This document shows, piece after piece, positions 1 to 8,185 of a DNA stretch of 64,000 nucleotides. The position numbers were made by a program, and so were the translations under genes. The notes below the pieces were generated by a model that saw only the letters and a program-made list of their open reading frames with translations, did not search any database and was not told the origin of the DNA. The DNA is from an uncultured Candidatus Binatia bacterium (GTDB lineage Bacteria > Desulfobacterota > Binatia > Bin18): NCBI GenBank assembly GCA_965204455.1, contig CBDBEO010000001.1, forward strand, positions 652,552-716,551, written 5' to 3'. The first letter of the stretch is position 1, and each line of letters starts with the position of its first letter.

Positions 1-377
1 CGGAAGCTGTAATCGTACAGCACAAACAGCGGAGCCAGGACGCACGGCCCGCCCTGGCCGGTCCAGACCGGATACGGGTCTTCGGGGGTCAGCACCCCAT
101 GCGCGCGACACACCGAGACGAGCTGCTGATATTTTTCCTGGCCGCGCACCGGCTGGCCGTCGGTCGGCGTTGTCCACAGCTCGTGGTTGCCGGGCACCCA
201 CACGAGCTGACGAAAGCGGGGGCTCAGCAGCCGAAAGGCGAAGCGCAGATGCTCGACCGTCTCGCCCACATCGCCGCCCAGGATCAGCCAGTCCTGGGGA
301 TGGGCGGGCAGCTGTTCCAGGGCCTGGCGGTTGGCTCGGTAGCCGAGGTGCAGGTCGCTGATTGCGTACAGTTTCAT
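1..377 (-). CDS. Metallophosphoesterase (calcineurin-like); N-terminal part only, C-terminus lies beyond the left edge
   Basis: Minus-strand ORF open to position 1, absent from the supplied track. My own translation from the ATG at 377: MKLYAISDLHLGYRANRQALEQLPAHPQDWLILGGDVGE...LVWVPGNHELW. This shows the D-x-H, GD and GNHE metallophosphoesterase motifs. Confidence 0.7.
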   Translation of the reverse strand, partial: MKLYAISDLHLGYRANRQALEQLPAHPQDWLILGGDVGETVEHLRFAFRLLSPRFRQLVWVPGNHELWTTPTDGQPVRGQEKYQQLVSVCRAHGVLTPEDPYPVWTGQGGPCVLAPLFVLYDYSF

Positions 378-555
378 CCGGGTGTCCCTGGACCCAAACA
401 CGCTGCGGGCTGTTTGCTCACGGCGTTGGGTGGGCAATCTTAACGGATTCTCAGGCCCGGGGCTACGCTGAGACGAGCGCCCGGCAATGGACAAGCTGTG
501 GGCTTTTTGCTTTGCTTAGAGCGCTTTCAGCGCCACACCCACAAGGAGAACGGCC

Positions 556-1569
556 ATGCTTCCTGTCGGCTATCTACCATGCACCCAGGACCCCCCGTCC
601 GGGCAGAATATGACCCGCGTGATTGATGAACTCCTCGCCGAAGCCCAGGCGGCCGAAGCCAGCGGCTGGGACGGGTGTTTCATCACCGAACACCACCAGC
701 AGGAGGACGGCTATCTGCCCAACCCGCTGCTGCTGGCCGGCTTGATCGGCATGAAAACCCAGCGCATCAAAGTCGGCACCTGCGTATTGCTGCTGCCGCT
801 CCACCATCCCGTGCATGTAGCCGAGGACTGCGCGGTGATCGATACCGCAACCCGGGGACGGCTGGTGCTGAGCATCGGCGTCGGCTACCAGCCGCACGAT
901 TTCGATGCCTTTGGCGTGCCCATCACCGAGCGGGCGACCCGGACCGAAGAAGCCATGGATGTCATTCGTCGCGCCTGGACGGGCGAGCGCTTTTCCTACC
1001 AGGGCCAACACTTTCAGTACGCCGACACCCTGATTACGCCGGCCCCGGCCCAGCAGCCCGGACCGCCGATCTGGATGGCGTCGTGGACGCCGGTCGGCCT
1101 GCGCCGGGCGGGCCGGATGGCCGACGGCTGGATCGCCGACCCGGTCCAGTCGCTGCCGGTGATTAAGGATTACGCCACCCGCTACCGTGCCGCAGCGGAA
1201 AAGGCCGGTCGCAAGCCGCACATCTGCCTGATGCGCGACGCGGTTGTCGCCGACAGCATGGCGGCGGCCGAGGCGGCCAGCGGGCCGACCATGTACACCC
1301 ATCGCTTCTATTTTCAGTACGGCGCCTATGTGCCCGACGCGTATCTGAAAGATGTCACAAAGCCGGAAGACCTGAGCTTCAGCCAAACGGCCAAAGACCG
1401 GCTGATTGTCGGCGGACCGGACGACTGTCTGGAGCAGCTGCTGCACTGGAAAGAGGAGATCCGGCCCGATTATTTGATCCTCCGCTTTCGTCAGCCCGGC
1501 GGCCCGTCGCACGAGGCAACGCTGCGGGCGATTCAGACCTTTGGTGAGCGGGTGATTCCGAAGCTGTGA
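556..1569 (+). CDS. LLM-class (luciferase-like) flavin-dependent oxidoreductase
   Basis: 337-aa ORF. AAGGAGA lies 6 nt before the ATG at 556. The sequence pattern (GWDGCFITEHH, KVGTCVLLLPLHHP, LVLSIGVGY) is typical of bacterial luciferase-like monooxygenases. Confidence 0.85.
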   Translation: MLPVGYLPCTQDPPSGQNMTRVIDELLAEAQAAEASGWDGCFITEHHQQEDGYLPNPLLLAGLIGMKTQRIKVGTCVLLLPLHHPVHVAEDCAVIDTATRGRLVLSIGVGYQPHDFDAFGVPITERATRTEEAMDVIRRAWTGERFSYQGQHFQYADTLITPAPAQQPGPPIWMASWTPVGLRRAGRMADGWIADPVQSLPVIKDYATRYRAAAEKAGRKPHICLMRDAVVADSMAAAEAASGPTMYTHRFYFQYGAYVPDAYLKDVTKPEDLSFSQTAKDRLIVGGPDDCLEQLLHWKEEIRPDYLILRFRQPGGPSHEATLRAIQTFGERVIPKL

Positions 1570-1652
1570 AGCGCGGACGGACAAAGGTCAAATGTCAAAA
1601 AGGCAAAGGGCAAAAGGCAAAGGGTAAAATGGCCCGACGGGACTGACAGACT

Positions 1653-3046
1653 GTGAGGCTGGCTATGGACACTCCCCTGAGCCGCCAACTGGCGGCCTTC
1701 TGCCACGGCCTGGATTTCAACCAGCTGCCCCCCGAGGTGGTTGATCGGGCCAAGTATTTTTTCCTCGACTATCTGGGGGTGGCGGTACGCGGCTCGCTGT
1801 CCGAGTCGAGCCAGCCGGTGTATCGGTTGGCCGCCGGACCGGAAACCCCGGGCGGCGGAACGATCTGGGCCGGCCTGAAAAGACCGCGACGCCCTACGCG
1901 GCCCTGGCCAACGGCACGGCCGCCCACAGCCTGGAGCTGGACGATACCCACCAGGCCGGCTCGATCCATCTGGGGGTGAGCGTGTTTTCCGCAGCCCTGG
2001 CCGTGGCCGAGCAGCTCGGGGCGAGCGGGCCGGCCTTTCTCAGCGCTGGGGTGGCCGGCTTTGAGGCGGCGGCGCGTCTGGCCATGGCGGTCAGGCCCCA
2101 GGCCCACTACGCCCGCGGCTTTCATCCGACCGCCACCTGCGGCACGTTCGGGGCGGCGGTCAGCGCCGGCCGGCTGCTGGGGCTGAGCCCCGACCAGTTG
2201 CTGTCCGCCATCGGCATTGCCGGCAGCCAGGCCGCCGGCTCGATGGAGTTTCTGGCCGAGGGCGCCTGGACCAAACGGCTGCATCCGGGCTGGGCGGCCT
2301 TCAGCGGTATCCACGCCGCGCTGCTGGCCAAGGCCGGTTTTGTCGGACCGGACACGATTCTTGAGGGCCGGGACGGCTTTCTCAAAGCCTACTCCGACGA
2401 TCCCGACCCCAGCCGGCTGACCACCGGCCTGGGCAGCGACTTCCAGATTCTGCACACCGCAGTCAAACCCCACGCCTGTTGCCGCTACACCCAGGCCCCG
2501 ATTGATGCGGTCCTGGACCTCGTGCAGCGCCATCAGCTGCGACCCGGTGATGTCCGCAGCGTCACCATCGGCATGCTGGAAACGGGCATTCCCGTGATCT
2601 GTGAGCCGACCGAGCGCACCTATCACCCGGCCAATGTGGTCGAGGCGCAGTTCAGCCTGCCCTTTGGCGTGGCGGTGGCGATCAGCCGGCGGAGGGCCGG
2701 GCTGGAGGAGTTCTCCCCGGCGGTGCTGCACGACGCCGAGGTGCAAGCCCTCATGCCCAGGGTTTCCTATACCCCCGACCCGGCCCTGGAAGAACACTTT
2801 CCCCGCCAGTGGCCGGCTTGGGCGCGGATACGGCTCGGCGATGGCCGTGAGGTCAGCGCCCGGGTGCGCTTCCCCAAGGGTGACCCGGATAACCCGCTGT
2901 CCTGGCAGGAACTCATCGACAAGTACCGCGCCCTGGTCGGCCGCGTATGGGGGACGGCCCAGGCCGAGCGGGTCAAAGACGCGGTCCGAGAGCTTGAGCA
3001 CCAGACCACCATGCAGGCCTTTGCCGGCCTGCTGTCCGCGGAGTGA
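1653..3046 (+). pseudogene. MmgE/PrpD (2-methylcitrate dehydratase-like) family gene interrupted by a 1-nt frameshift near 1867-1869
   Basis: ORF 1653..1979 carries the family N-terminus (LAAFCHGLDFNQLPPEVVDRAKYFFLDYLGVAVRG). The frame of ORF 1976..3046 reads upstream as GRPEKTATPYAALANGTAAHSLELDDTHQAGSIHLG. The two frames join if the run tGGGcc had one more G. Combined length is about 464 aa, as expected for the family. Confidence 0.75.
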
Positions 3047-3060
3047 GGAGGAGGAACGCA

Positions 3061-4128
3061 ATGGATTTTGGTTTTGTCGGTTTTGGTTCGATTGAGGCGC
3101 ACAAGGATGTGGTGCGGGCCGAGAAACGCGGGTTCTCGCACGCCTGGCTGTACGACTCCCAGATGTTGACCAGCGATGTGTACGCGGCTCTGGCCCTGTG
3201 CGCGGACAAGACCAAGACGATCAAACTCGGACCCGGCGTGACCAATCCGGCCTCGCGGATCGCGCCGCTGACCGCGTCCTCGATTGCCTCGATCAACGCC
3301 CTGGCGCCGGGCCGCGTCATTCTCGGCATCGGCACCGGCAATACGGCCCGGCGGACCCTGGGCATGCCGGCCGCCCGGGTGGCCGATATGCGCACCTACA
3401 TCGAGGTGTGTCAGGGCCTGTTGGCCGGCAAGACCGTGCCGTATCACGAGGGTGAGCGGCGGCGGATGATTACGTTTCTGAATCCCAACAGCGGGGCGAT
3501 CAACATCCGCCGAAAAGTGCCCGTGTATGTGGCCGGCAGCGGACCCAGGAGCCTGGAGACGGCGGGCGAGATTGCCGACGGCGTGATCCTGTTTGGCGCG
3601 GTCAGCCCCAGCCTGATTCGCTTTGTGCTCGACCATGTCAAACGCGGCGCCGAGCGGGCGGGCCGCAACCCCAGGCGACTCTATACGGTGTGCATGACCG
3701 CCTTTCACCTGACCAGACCCGGAGAAAAGCTGGAAACCGCTGCGGTCCGCAAAGCGGTCGGCCCGTTTGTGGCCTCGTCAAGCAATCTGTACGCCTTTTC
3801 CTGCCCGGACCCGGCTGTTCTGCCCGACGATTTGCGGGATGACCTGATGGCTTTCAAGTACGCCTACCGCGAGCCCGAGGGATCGGTCGAGACCCGTCAC
3901 CTCACCCTCTACCGTGACTATCTGCGCGGTCTCAAAAAAGAGCACATCCCGCTGATCACCGAAAAGATGATCCGGGCGACGACCCTGACCGGGACCCGCG
4001 ATGAGGTGATTGCGTCGGTCCGGGCCATGCAAAAGGCCGGCATCAAGCAGGTGGCGATTCAGCCGGTGACCGACCCCCAGCAGACGATTACGTCATTTTC
4101 CAAAGCCATCATGCAGAACATGACCTGA
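3061..4128 (+). CDS. LLM-class F420-dependent oxidoreductase (Mer-like)
   Basis: ORF 3043..4128, with the likely start at the ATG at 3061 (MDFGFVGFG) preceded by GAGGAGGAGGA. ILGIGTGN and VYVAGSGPRSLE motifs resemble methylene-H4MPT reductase-like LLMs. Confidence 0.8.
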   Translation: MDFGFVGFGSIEAHKDVVRAEKRGFSHAWLYDSQMLTSDVYAALALCADKTKTIKLGPGVTNPASRIAPLTASSIASINALAPGRVILGIGTGNTARRTLGMPAARVADMRTYIEVCQGLLAGKTVPYHEGERRRMITFLNPNSGAINIRRKVPVYVAGSGPRSLETAGEIADGVILFGAVSPSLIRFVLDHVKRGAERAGRNPRRLYTVCMTAFHLTRPGEKLETAAVRKAVGPFVASSSNLYAFSCPDPAVLPDDLRDDLMAFKYAYREPEGSVETRHLTLYRDYLRGLKKEHIPLITEKMIRATTLTGTRDEVIASVRAMQKAGIKQVAIQPVTDPQQTITSFSKAIMQNMT

Positions 4129-4141
4129 AGGGGAGGGCGAC

Positions 4142-4639
4142 ATGGGCTCGACAGCTGTCCGCGCTCAGGTGAACCGACCGAGGCGAAGGGGACGAGCGGG
4201 CGAGGTGCGCGGGACGCTGCTGGGCAAGGCGTGTGGTCTGTTCAGCAGCGTGGCGCTGCTGGGCGCCTGCACGGCGTCCAGCATTGATCGGGTGACCGCG
4301 CAGTATGATGCGGTCGAGCACCAGATCAGTCTCGGCGACGCCAAAGACCACGTCCTGTCCATTCTTGAACCAACCCAGGAAGCCCTGCCCCGCAACGCGC
4401 GAAAAAAGCCCGACCGCTACCTCAAGGATGGCGTCCACGTGGAGATCTTCTATATGCGGACCAACCACCAGCGGGACGGCATCACCACCGACGACGAGTT
4501 CACGCCTTACATCTTCAACGACGGCAGGCTGGTCGGTATCGGCTGGCACCTCATCGGCGGCATCAAGAGCCAGGCCCAGGTCAGACCGCGCCCGGACCGG
4601 CCCCTCGGATTTGGACACAGAAGGATCATTATCTACTGA
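4142..4639 (+). CDS. Hypothetical lipoprotein
   Basis: 165-aa ORF with a lipobox-like LLGAC after a basic N-terminus. I recognise no family. It abuts the convergent gene with zero gap. Confidence 0.45.
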   Translation: MGSTAVRAQVNRPRRRGRAGEVRGTLLGKACGLFSSVALLGACTASSIDRVTAQYDAVEHQISLGDAKDHVLSILEPTQEALPRNARKKPDRYLKDGVHVEIFYMRTNHQRDGITTDDEFTPYIFNDGRLVGIGWHLIGGIKSQAQVRPRPDRPLGFGHRRIIIY

Positions 4640-5584
4640 CTACCGGAACGCAGGCATCACCTCGCTGGCAAACAGCTCGAGGGCGTCCAGAAAATCGTCC
4701 TGGGCCGTATCGCTGAAGACCATCGTGAACAGGCTGACGCCCTTGGCGTTCTTCTCCTTGATGCCCTCGATGACCTGAGCCGGTGTGCCGCGCAGGGCCG
4801 TCCTGTCGAGGTCGGCCAGGCGTCCCAGGGTCTTTTTGGCGATAGGCCATTTGGCCTCAAACGTCTGCTCGTCCTTGCCCAGCACCACCACCACCTGTTC
4901 GGAGATCTCGATCTCCTGGGGATCGCGTCCGACCGCGTTGCAGTGCTCGGTAATGACGCCCCACTTCTTTTCCAGGCGGTGGGCGACCGCAGCCGGGCAG
5001 TTCCAGCGGTCGGCGTGCTGGGCCACGGTTTTCAGCATCTTACGCTCGGCGGCCGCGCCGATGGTGATGGGCGGATAGGGCTGCTGGACCGGTTTCGGGT
5101 TGTTGTAGGCATTGCTGATCGTATAGTGCTCGCCCTGGTAGGAGGCTTTGTCTTCGGTGAACATCTTTTTGATGATCTCGACCCCCTCTCTCAGCTGATC
5201 GGCCCGCGTGCCACCGGATGGGAATTCGTAGCCGTAGCCCAGGTACTCGGCCTTCATCCAGCCCGCGCCCAGCCCGAGTTCGAGCCGACCCTGGCTGATG
5301 TTGTCGAGCGAGGCGGCCATTTTGGCCAGAAAGGCGGGGTTGCGAAACGAGTTGCACATCACCAGACTGCCGATCCGAATCCTGTTGGTGGCTGCGGCCA
5401 GCGCCGACATGAGCGTCCAGCCCTCCAGAAAATCAACCTGCGGAAGACCGCCGACCCACATGTGATCGGTCACCCAGATGGAGTGAAAGCCGGCCTCCTC
5501 GCAGGCCAGGGCGCGCTCGCTGATGGCCGGGAAGGGGAGCCCGACCTGGGGCTGAAACAGACCAAACTGAATGGGACGTGTCAT
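4640..5584 (-). CDS. LLM-class F420/flavin-dependent oxidoreductase
   Basis: 314-aa ORF: MTRPIQFGLFQPQ..., FHSIWVTDHMW, RLELGLGAGW. GGAGGA RBS lies upstream on the minus strand. Confidence 0.85.
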   Translation of the reverse strand: MTRPIQFGLFQPQVGLPFPAISERALACEEAGFHSIWVTDHMWVGGLPQVDFLEGWTLMSALAAATNRIRIGSLVMCNSFRNPAFLAKMAASLDNISQGRLELGLGAGWMKAEYLGYGYEFPSGGTRADQLREGVEIIKKMFTEDKASYQGEHYTISNAYNNPKPVQQPYPPITIGAAAERKMLKTVAQHADRWNCPAAVAHRLEKKWGVITEHCNAVGRDPQEIEISEQVVVVLGKDEQTFEAKWPIAKKTLGRLADLDRTALRGTPAQVIEGIKEKNAKGVSLFTMVFSDTAQDDFLDALELFASEVMPAFR

Positions 5585-5637
5585 GCTGTCCTCCTTTGTT
5601 CCAGCAGTCAGCTATCAGCCCCCACCGTAAGATACAA

Positions 5638-5665
5638 GAACGCCGCGCCGGCCGGCGCGGCGTTC
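5638..5665. promoter_or_regulatory. Perfect 28-bp palindrome GAACGCCGCGCCGGCCGGCGCGGCGTTC in a divergent promoter region
   Basis: Read directly; the sequence is its own reverse complement. It sits between the divergent LLM (4640..5584, minus) and the acyl-CoA dehydrogenase (5736, plus), immediately 5' of a TTGACT-N17-AAAGAT promoter-like motif. Confidence 0.5.
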
Positions 5666-5735
5666 TGCTTGACTTTAGGCAGGCCCAGAGGAAAGATGCC
5701 GGGTGGATACGACCGCCGAACAGAGGTGAGCTGGT

Positions 5736-6884
5736 ATGGATTTTGAACTGACCGCCGAACAGCAGATGCTCAAAGACTTGTGCCGTGATTTTGCCCGCAA
5801 GGAGATTGCGCCTTACGCCGACGAGTGGTTTGACGCCGAGTATTTCCCGACCGAAATCTTTCACAAGCTGGCCGACCTCCAGCTGATGGGTCTGCTCATC
5901 CCCGAGGAGTACGGGGGCACGGGCGCCGGGACCATGGCCATGGTGGCGGCTCTCGAAGAGTTGGGCAAGGTCGATCAGTCGATTGCCACCACCCTGCAAG
6001 CCCATCTGACGATCGGCTCGCTGCCTTTTCTGCACTTCGGCACCGAGGAGCAGAAGCACAAATGGCTGGCCCCGCTGGCGCGCGGGGAACGCCTGGGCGC
6101 GTTCGGCCTGACCGAGCCGCAGGCCGGCTCGGACGCGGCCAACATCCAGACCACCTCACGCCTGGAGGGCGACTCGTGGGTCGTCAACGGCACCAAGTGT
6201 TTTATCTCCAACGCCGGCACCCCGCTGAGCTATGGGCTGGTGGCGCTGACTGCGGACAGCGCGGGCGGCAACGGCAGGCGGGCCTACCGGGCCATCATCA
6301 TTCCCAGAGACACGCCCGGCTATACGGTCGGCCAGCCGTATAAGAAGATCGGCTGGCATACGGTCGATACCCGCGAGCAGGTGTTTGAGAACGTGCGGGT
6401 GCCACGCGAGAATCTGCTGGGCGAGGACGGCTCCGGCTTCCGGGCCTTTCTCAAGACCCTGGAGTGCGGCCGGATTTCGGTTGCCACGCTGGGCCTGTCG
6501 CTGGCCGAGGCGTGCCTGAACATGTCGCTCCGGTACGCCCAGGAGCGCAAGACCTTTGGCAAGCCGCTGGCCTCGCACCAGGCGATTCAGTTCAAGCTGG
6601 CGGACATGGCCACCCAGGTCGATATGGCCCGGCTCATGGTCTACCGCGCCGCCGGGCTGCGCGACCAGGGCCGCCCGTACGCCAAAGAGGCGGCCATGGC
6701 CAAGCTGGCCTCGTCCGAGATCGCGGTCAAGGCGGCTGAGGAAGCGGTCCAGATTCACGGCGGCTACGGCTATACGCGGGACTTTCCGGTCTCGCGTTTC
6801 TACCTCGACTCGAAGATCCTGACCATTGGCGAGGGCACCAGCGAGGTGCAGCGGATGGTGATTGCCCGGCAGCTGGGGTGCTGA
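5736..6884 (+). CDS. Acyl-CoA dehydrogenase
   Basis: 382-aa ORF with canonical ACAD features (GAFGLTEPQAGSD, YAQERKTFGKPL, QIHGGYGYTRDFPVSRFY, EGTSEVQR). Confidence 0.9.
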   Translation: MDFELTAEQQMLKDLCRDFARKEIAPYADEWFDAEYFPTEIFHKLADLQLMGLLIPEEYGGTGAGTMAMVAALEELGKVDQSIATTLQAHLTIGSLPFLHFGTEEQKHKWLAPLARGERLGAFGLTEPQAGSDAANIQTTSRLEGDSWVVNGTKCFISNAGTPLSYGLVALTADSAGGNGRRAYRAIIIPRDTPGYTVGQPYKKIGWHTVDTREQVFENVRVPRENLLGEDGSGFRAFLKTLECGRISVATLGLSLAEACLNMSLRYAQERKTFGKPLASHQAIQFKLADMATQVDMARLMVYRAAGLRDQGRPYAKEAAMAKLASSEIAVKAAEEAVQIHGGYGYTRDFPVSRFYLDSKILTIGEGTSEVQRMVIARQLGC

Positions 6885-6894
6885 GGAAATCCGT

Positions 6895-7662
6895 ATGACC
6901 ATTCCCTATTTTGACCTGACGGGTAAGGTGGCGCTGATCACCGGCGGGAGCAAGGGCCTGGGCGAGCAGATGGCCTATGGACTGGCCGAGGTCGGCGCGG
7001 ATCTGGCCCTGATCAGCCGGACCCAGGCCGATCTGGACAGGGTGGCGGCCGAGATTCACCAGGCCAGCGGCCGCCGGGTGATTGGCGTGGCGGCCGATGT
7101 GACCGAGGAGGCCGATATCGAGCGCATGGTCGGCCAGGTCATGGCCGAGTACGGTCGGATCGATATCCTGATCAACAACGCCGGCATGGGCGGCACGACG
7201 CCGATTCGGGATCTGGCCGAGGAGGAGTGGGACAGCTACATGAACCTGAACCTCAAGGGACCGGTGTTCTGTGCCAAACACGTCGGCGCGGAAATGGCCA
7301 AGCGCAAAAAGGGCACAATCATCAACGTCTCCTCGCTGTTCTCGCAGATTGTGGCCCGTTATATGGCGGCCTACGGGGCGACCAAGGCCGCCCTGGTCCA
7401 TTTCACGCGGACCCTGGCCCTGGAGTGGGCCCGGGACAATATCCGGGTCAACGCCCTGTGCCCGGGCTATTTTGAGACGCCGATGAACGCCGGTTTCTGG
7501 GAGACCAAGGGCGGCAAGGGCATTATCGCCAGGATTCCGATGCAGCGGGTCGGCAACCCCCCGGAAATCAAACCCTCGGTGATCTTTCTGGCCTCGGACG
7601 CCAACACCTTCATGACCGGCACCACCCTGTTTGTCGATGGCGGCCACAGTCTGGTCGGCTAG
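6895..7662 (+). CDS. SDR-family oxidoreductase
   Basis: ORF 6862..7662. The internal ATG at 6895 follows GAGGA and avoids overlap with the upstream gene. Shows TGGSKGLG (Rossmann), NNAG and Y-x3-K (YGATKAA). Confidence 0.9.
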   Translation: MTIPYFDLTGKVALITGGSKGLGEQMAYGLAEVGADLALISRTQADLDRVAAEIHQASGRRVIGVAADVTEEADIERMVGQVMAEYGRIDILINNAGMGGTTPIRDLAEEEWDSYMNLNLKGPVFCAKHVGAEMAKRKKGTIINVSSLFSQIVARYMAAYGATKAALVHFTRTLALEWARDNIRVNALCPGYFETPMNAGFWETKGGKGIIARIPMQRVGNPPEIKPSVIFLASDANTFMTGTTLFVDGGHSLVG

Positions 7663-7700
7663 TATTGTGAGGCAGGCTCCCGGCGGGTAGGAGACACAGC

Positions 7701-7925
7701 ATGGATACCTATCGGTTTTGCGTGGTCGTTGAAAAAGATCAGGACGGTTACTTTGCTCTGTGTCCTGAGTTCCAAGGCTGTTACACGCAGGGAGAAACAT
7801 ACGAACAAGCCCTGGAAAATATGGAGGACGCTATTCGTCTCCATATCGAAGACCGGTTGGTCGCTGGGGAAGACATTCCTCAAACCGCATCAGTGAGTCT
7901 GACCGCGCTAGACATCGCGCTATGA
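7701..7925 (+). CDS. hicB: HicB-family antitoxin
   Basis: 74 aa: YRFCVVVEKDQDGYFALCPEFQGCYTQGETYEQALENMEDAI, matching the HicB/UPF0150 N-terminal fold. Overlaps the downstream hicA by ATGA. Confidence 0.75.
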   Translation: MDTYRFCVVVEKDQDGYFALCPEFQGCYTQGETYEQALENMEDAIRLHIEDRLVAGEDIPQTASVSLTALDIAL

Positions 7926-8152
7926 GCGATAAGCTCCCACGGGTGATTGCGGCTGAGATAATCAGAGCCCTAGAGAGGGGCGGATTCTTTCTTGCCCGTC
8001 AGAGTGGGAGTCATAAGATCTACAGAAATGATCGAGGCAAAAGGGTGACTGTTCCTTACCACGCCGGCAAGATTGTCCATCCCAAGGTTCTGAGAAGCAT
8101 CCTTCGAGACGCGGACTGGACAACAGAAACGTTTCAAGCCTTGCTCAGCTAA
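7922..8152 (+). CDS. hicA: HicA-family mRNA interferase toxin
   Basis: 76 aa: ...ALERGGFFLARQSGSHKIYRNDRGKRVTVPYHAGKIVHPKVLRSILRDA, the YcfA/HicA signature (SGSH..., V.VP.H). Confidence 0.8.
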   Translation: MSDKLPRVIAAEIIRALERGGFFLARQSGSHKIYRNDRGKRVTVPYHAGKIVHPKVLRSILRDADWTTETFQALLS

Positions 8153-8185
8153 GAGAGGCGAGGCCAGACTGTTTGGAGAACGAGT

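Noticed and set aside
99-443. Plus-strand ORFs 99..443 and 170..361 at the left edge.
   Set aside because: They overlap a minus-strand reading frame with clear metallophosphoesterase motifs (DLHLG, GD, GNHE) that the track omits because it runs off the edge.
574-1584. Long antisense ORFs opposite recognised genes. Examples: 574..1584 (-), 1769..3061 (-), 7970..9559 (-), 24193..25464 (-), 36222..38099 (-), 38121..39116 (-), 39098..40219 (-), 40331..41662 (-), 45576..47132 (+), 59507..61516 (-).
   Set aside because: Their translations are Arg/Gly/Pro/Ala-rich low-information strings with no recognisable motifs, whereas the opposite strand carries clear family signatures. Such shadow ORFs are expected in high-GC DNA because stop codons are rare.
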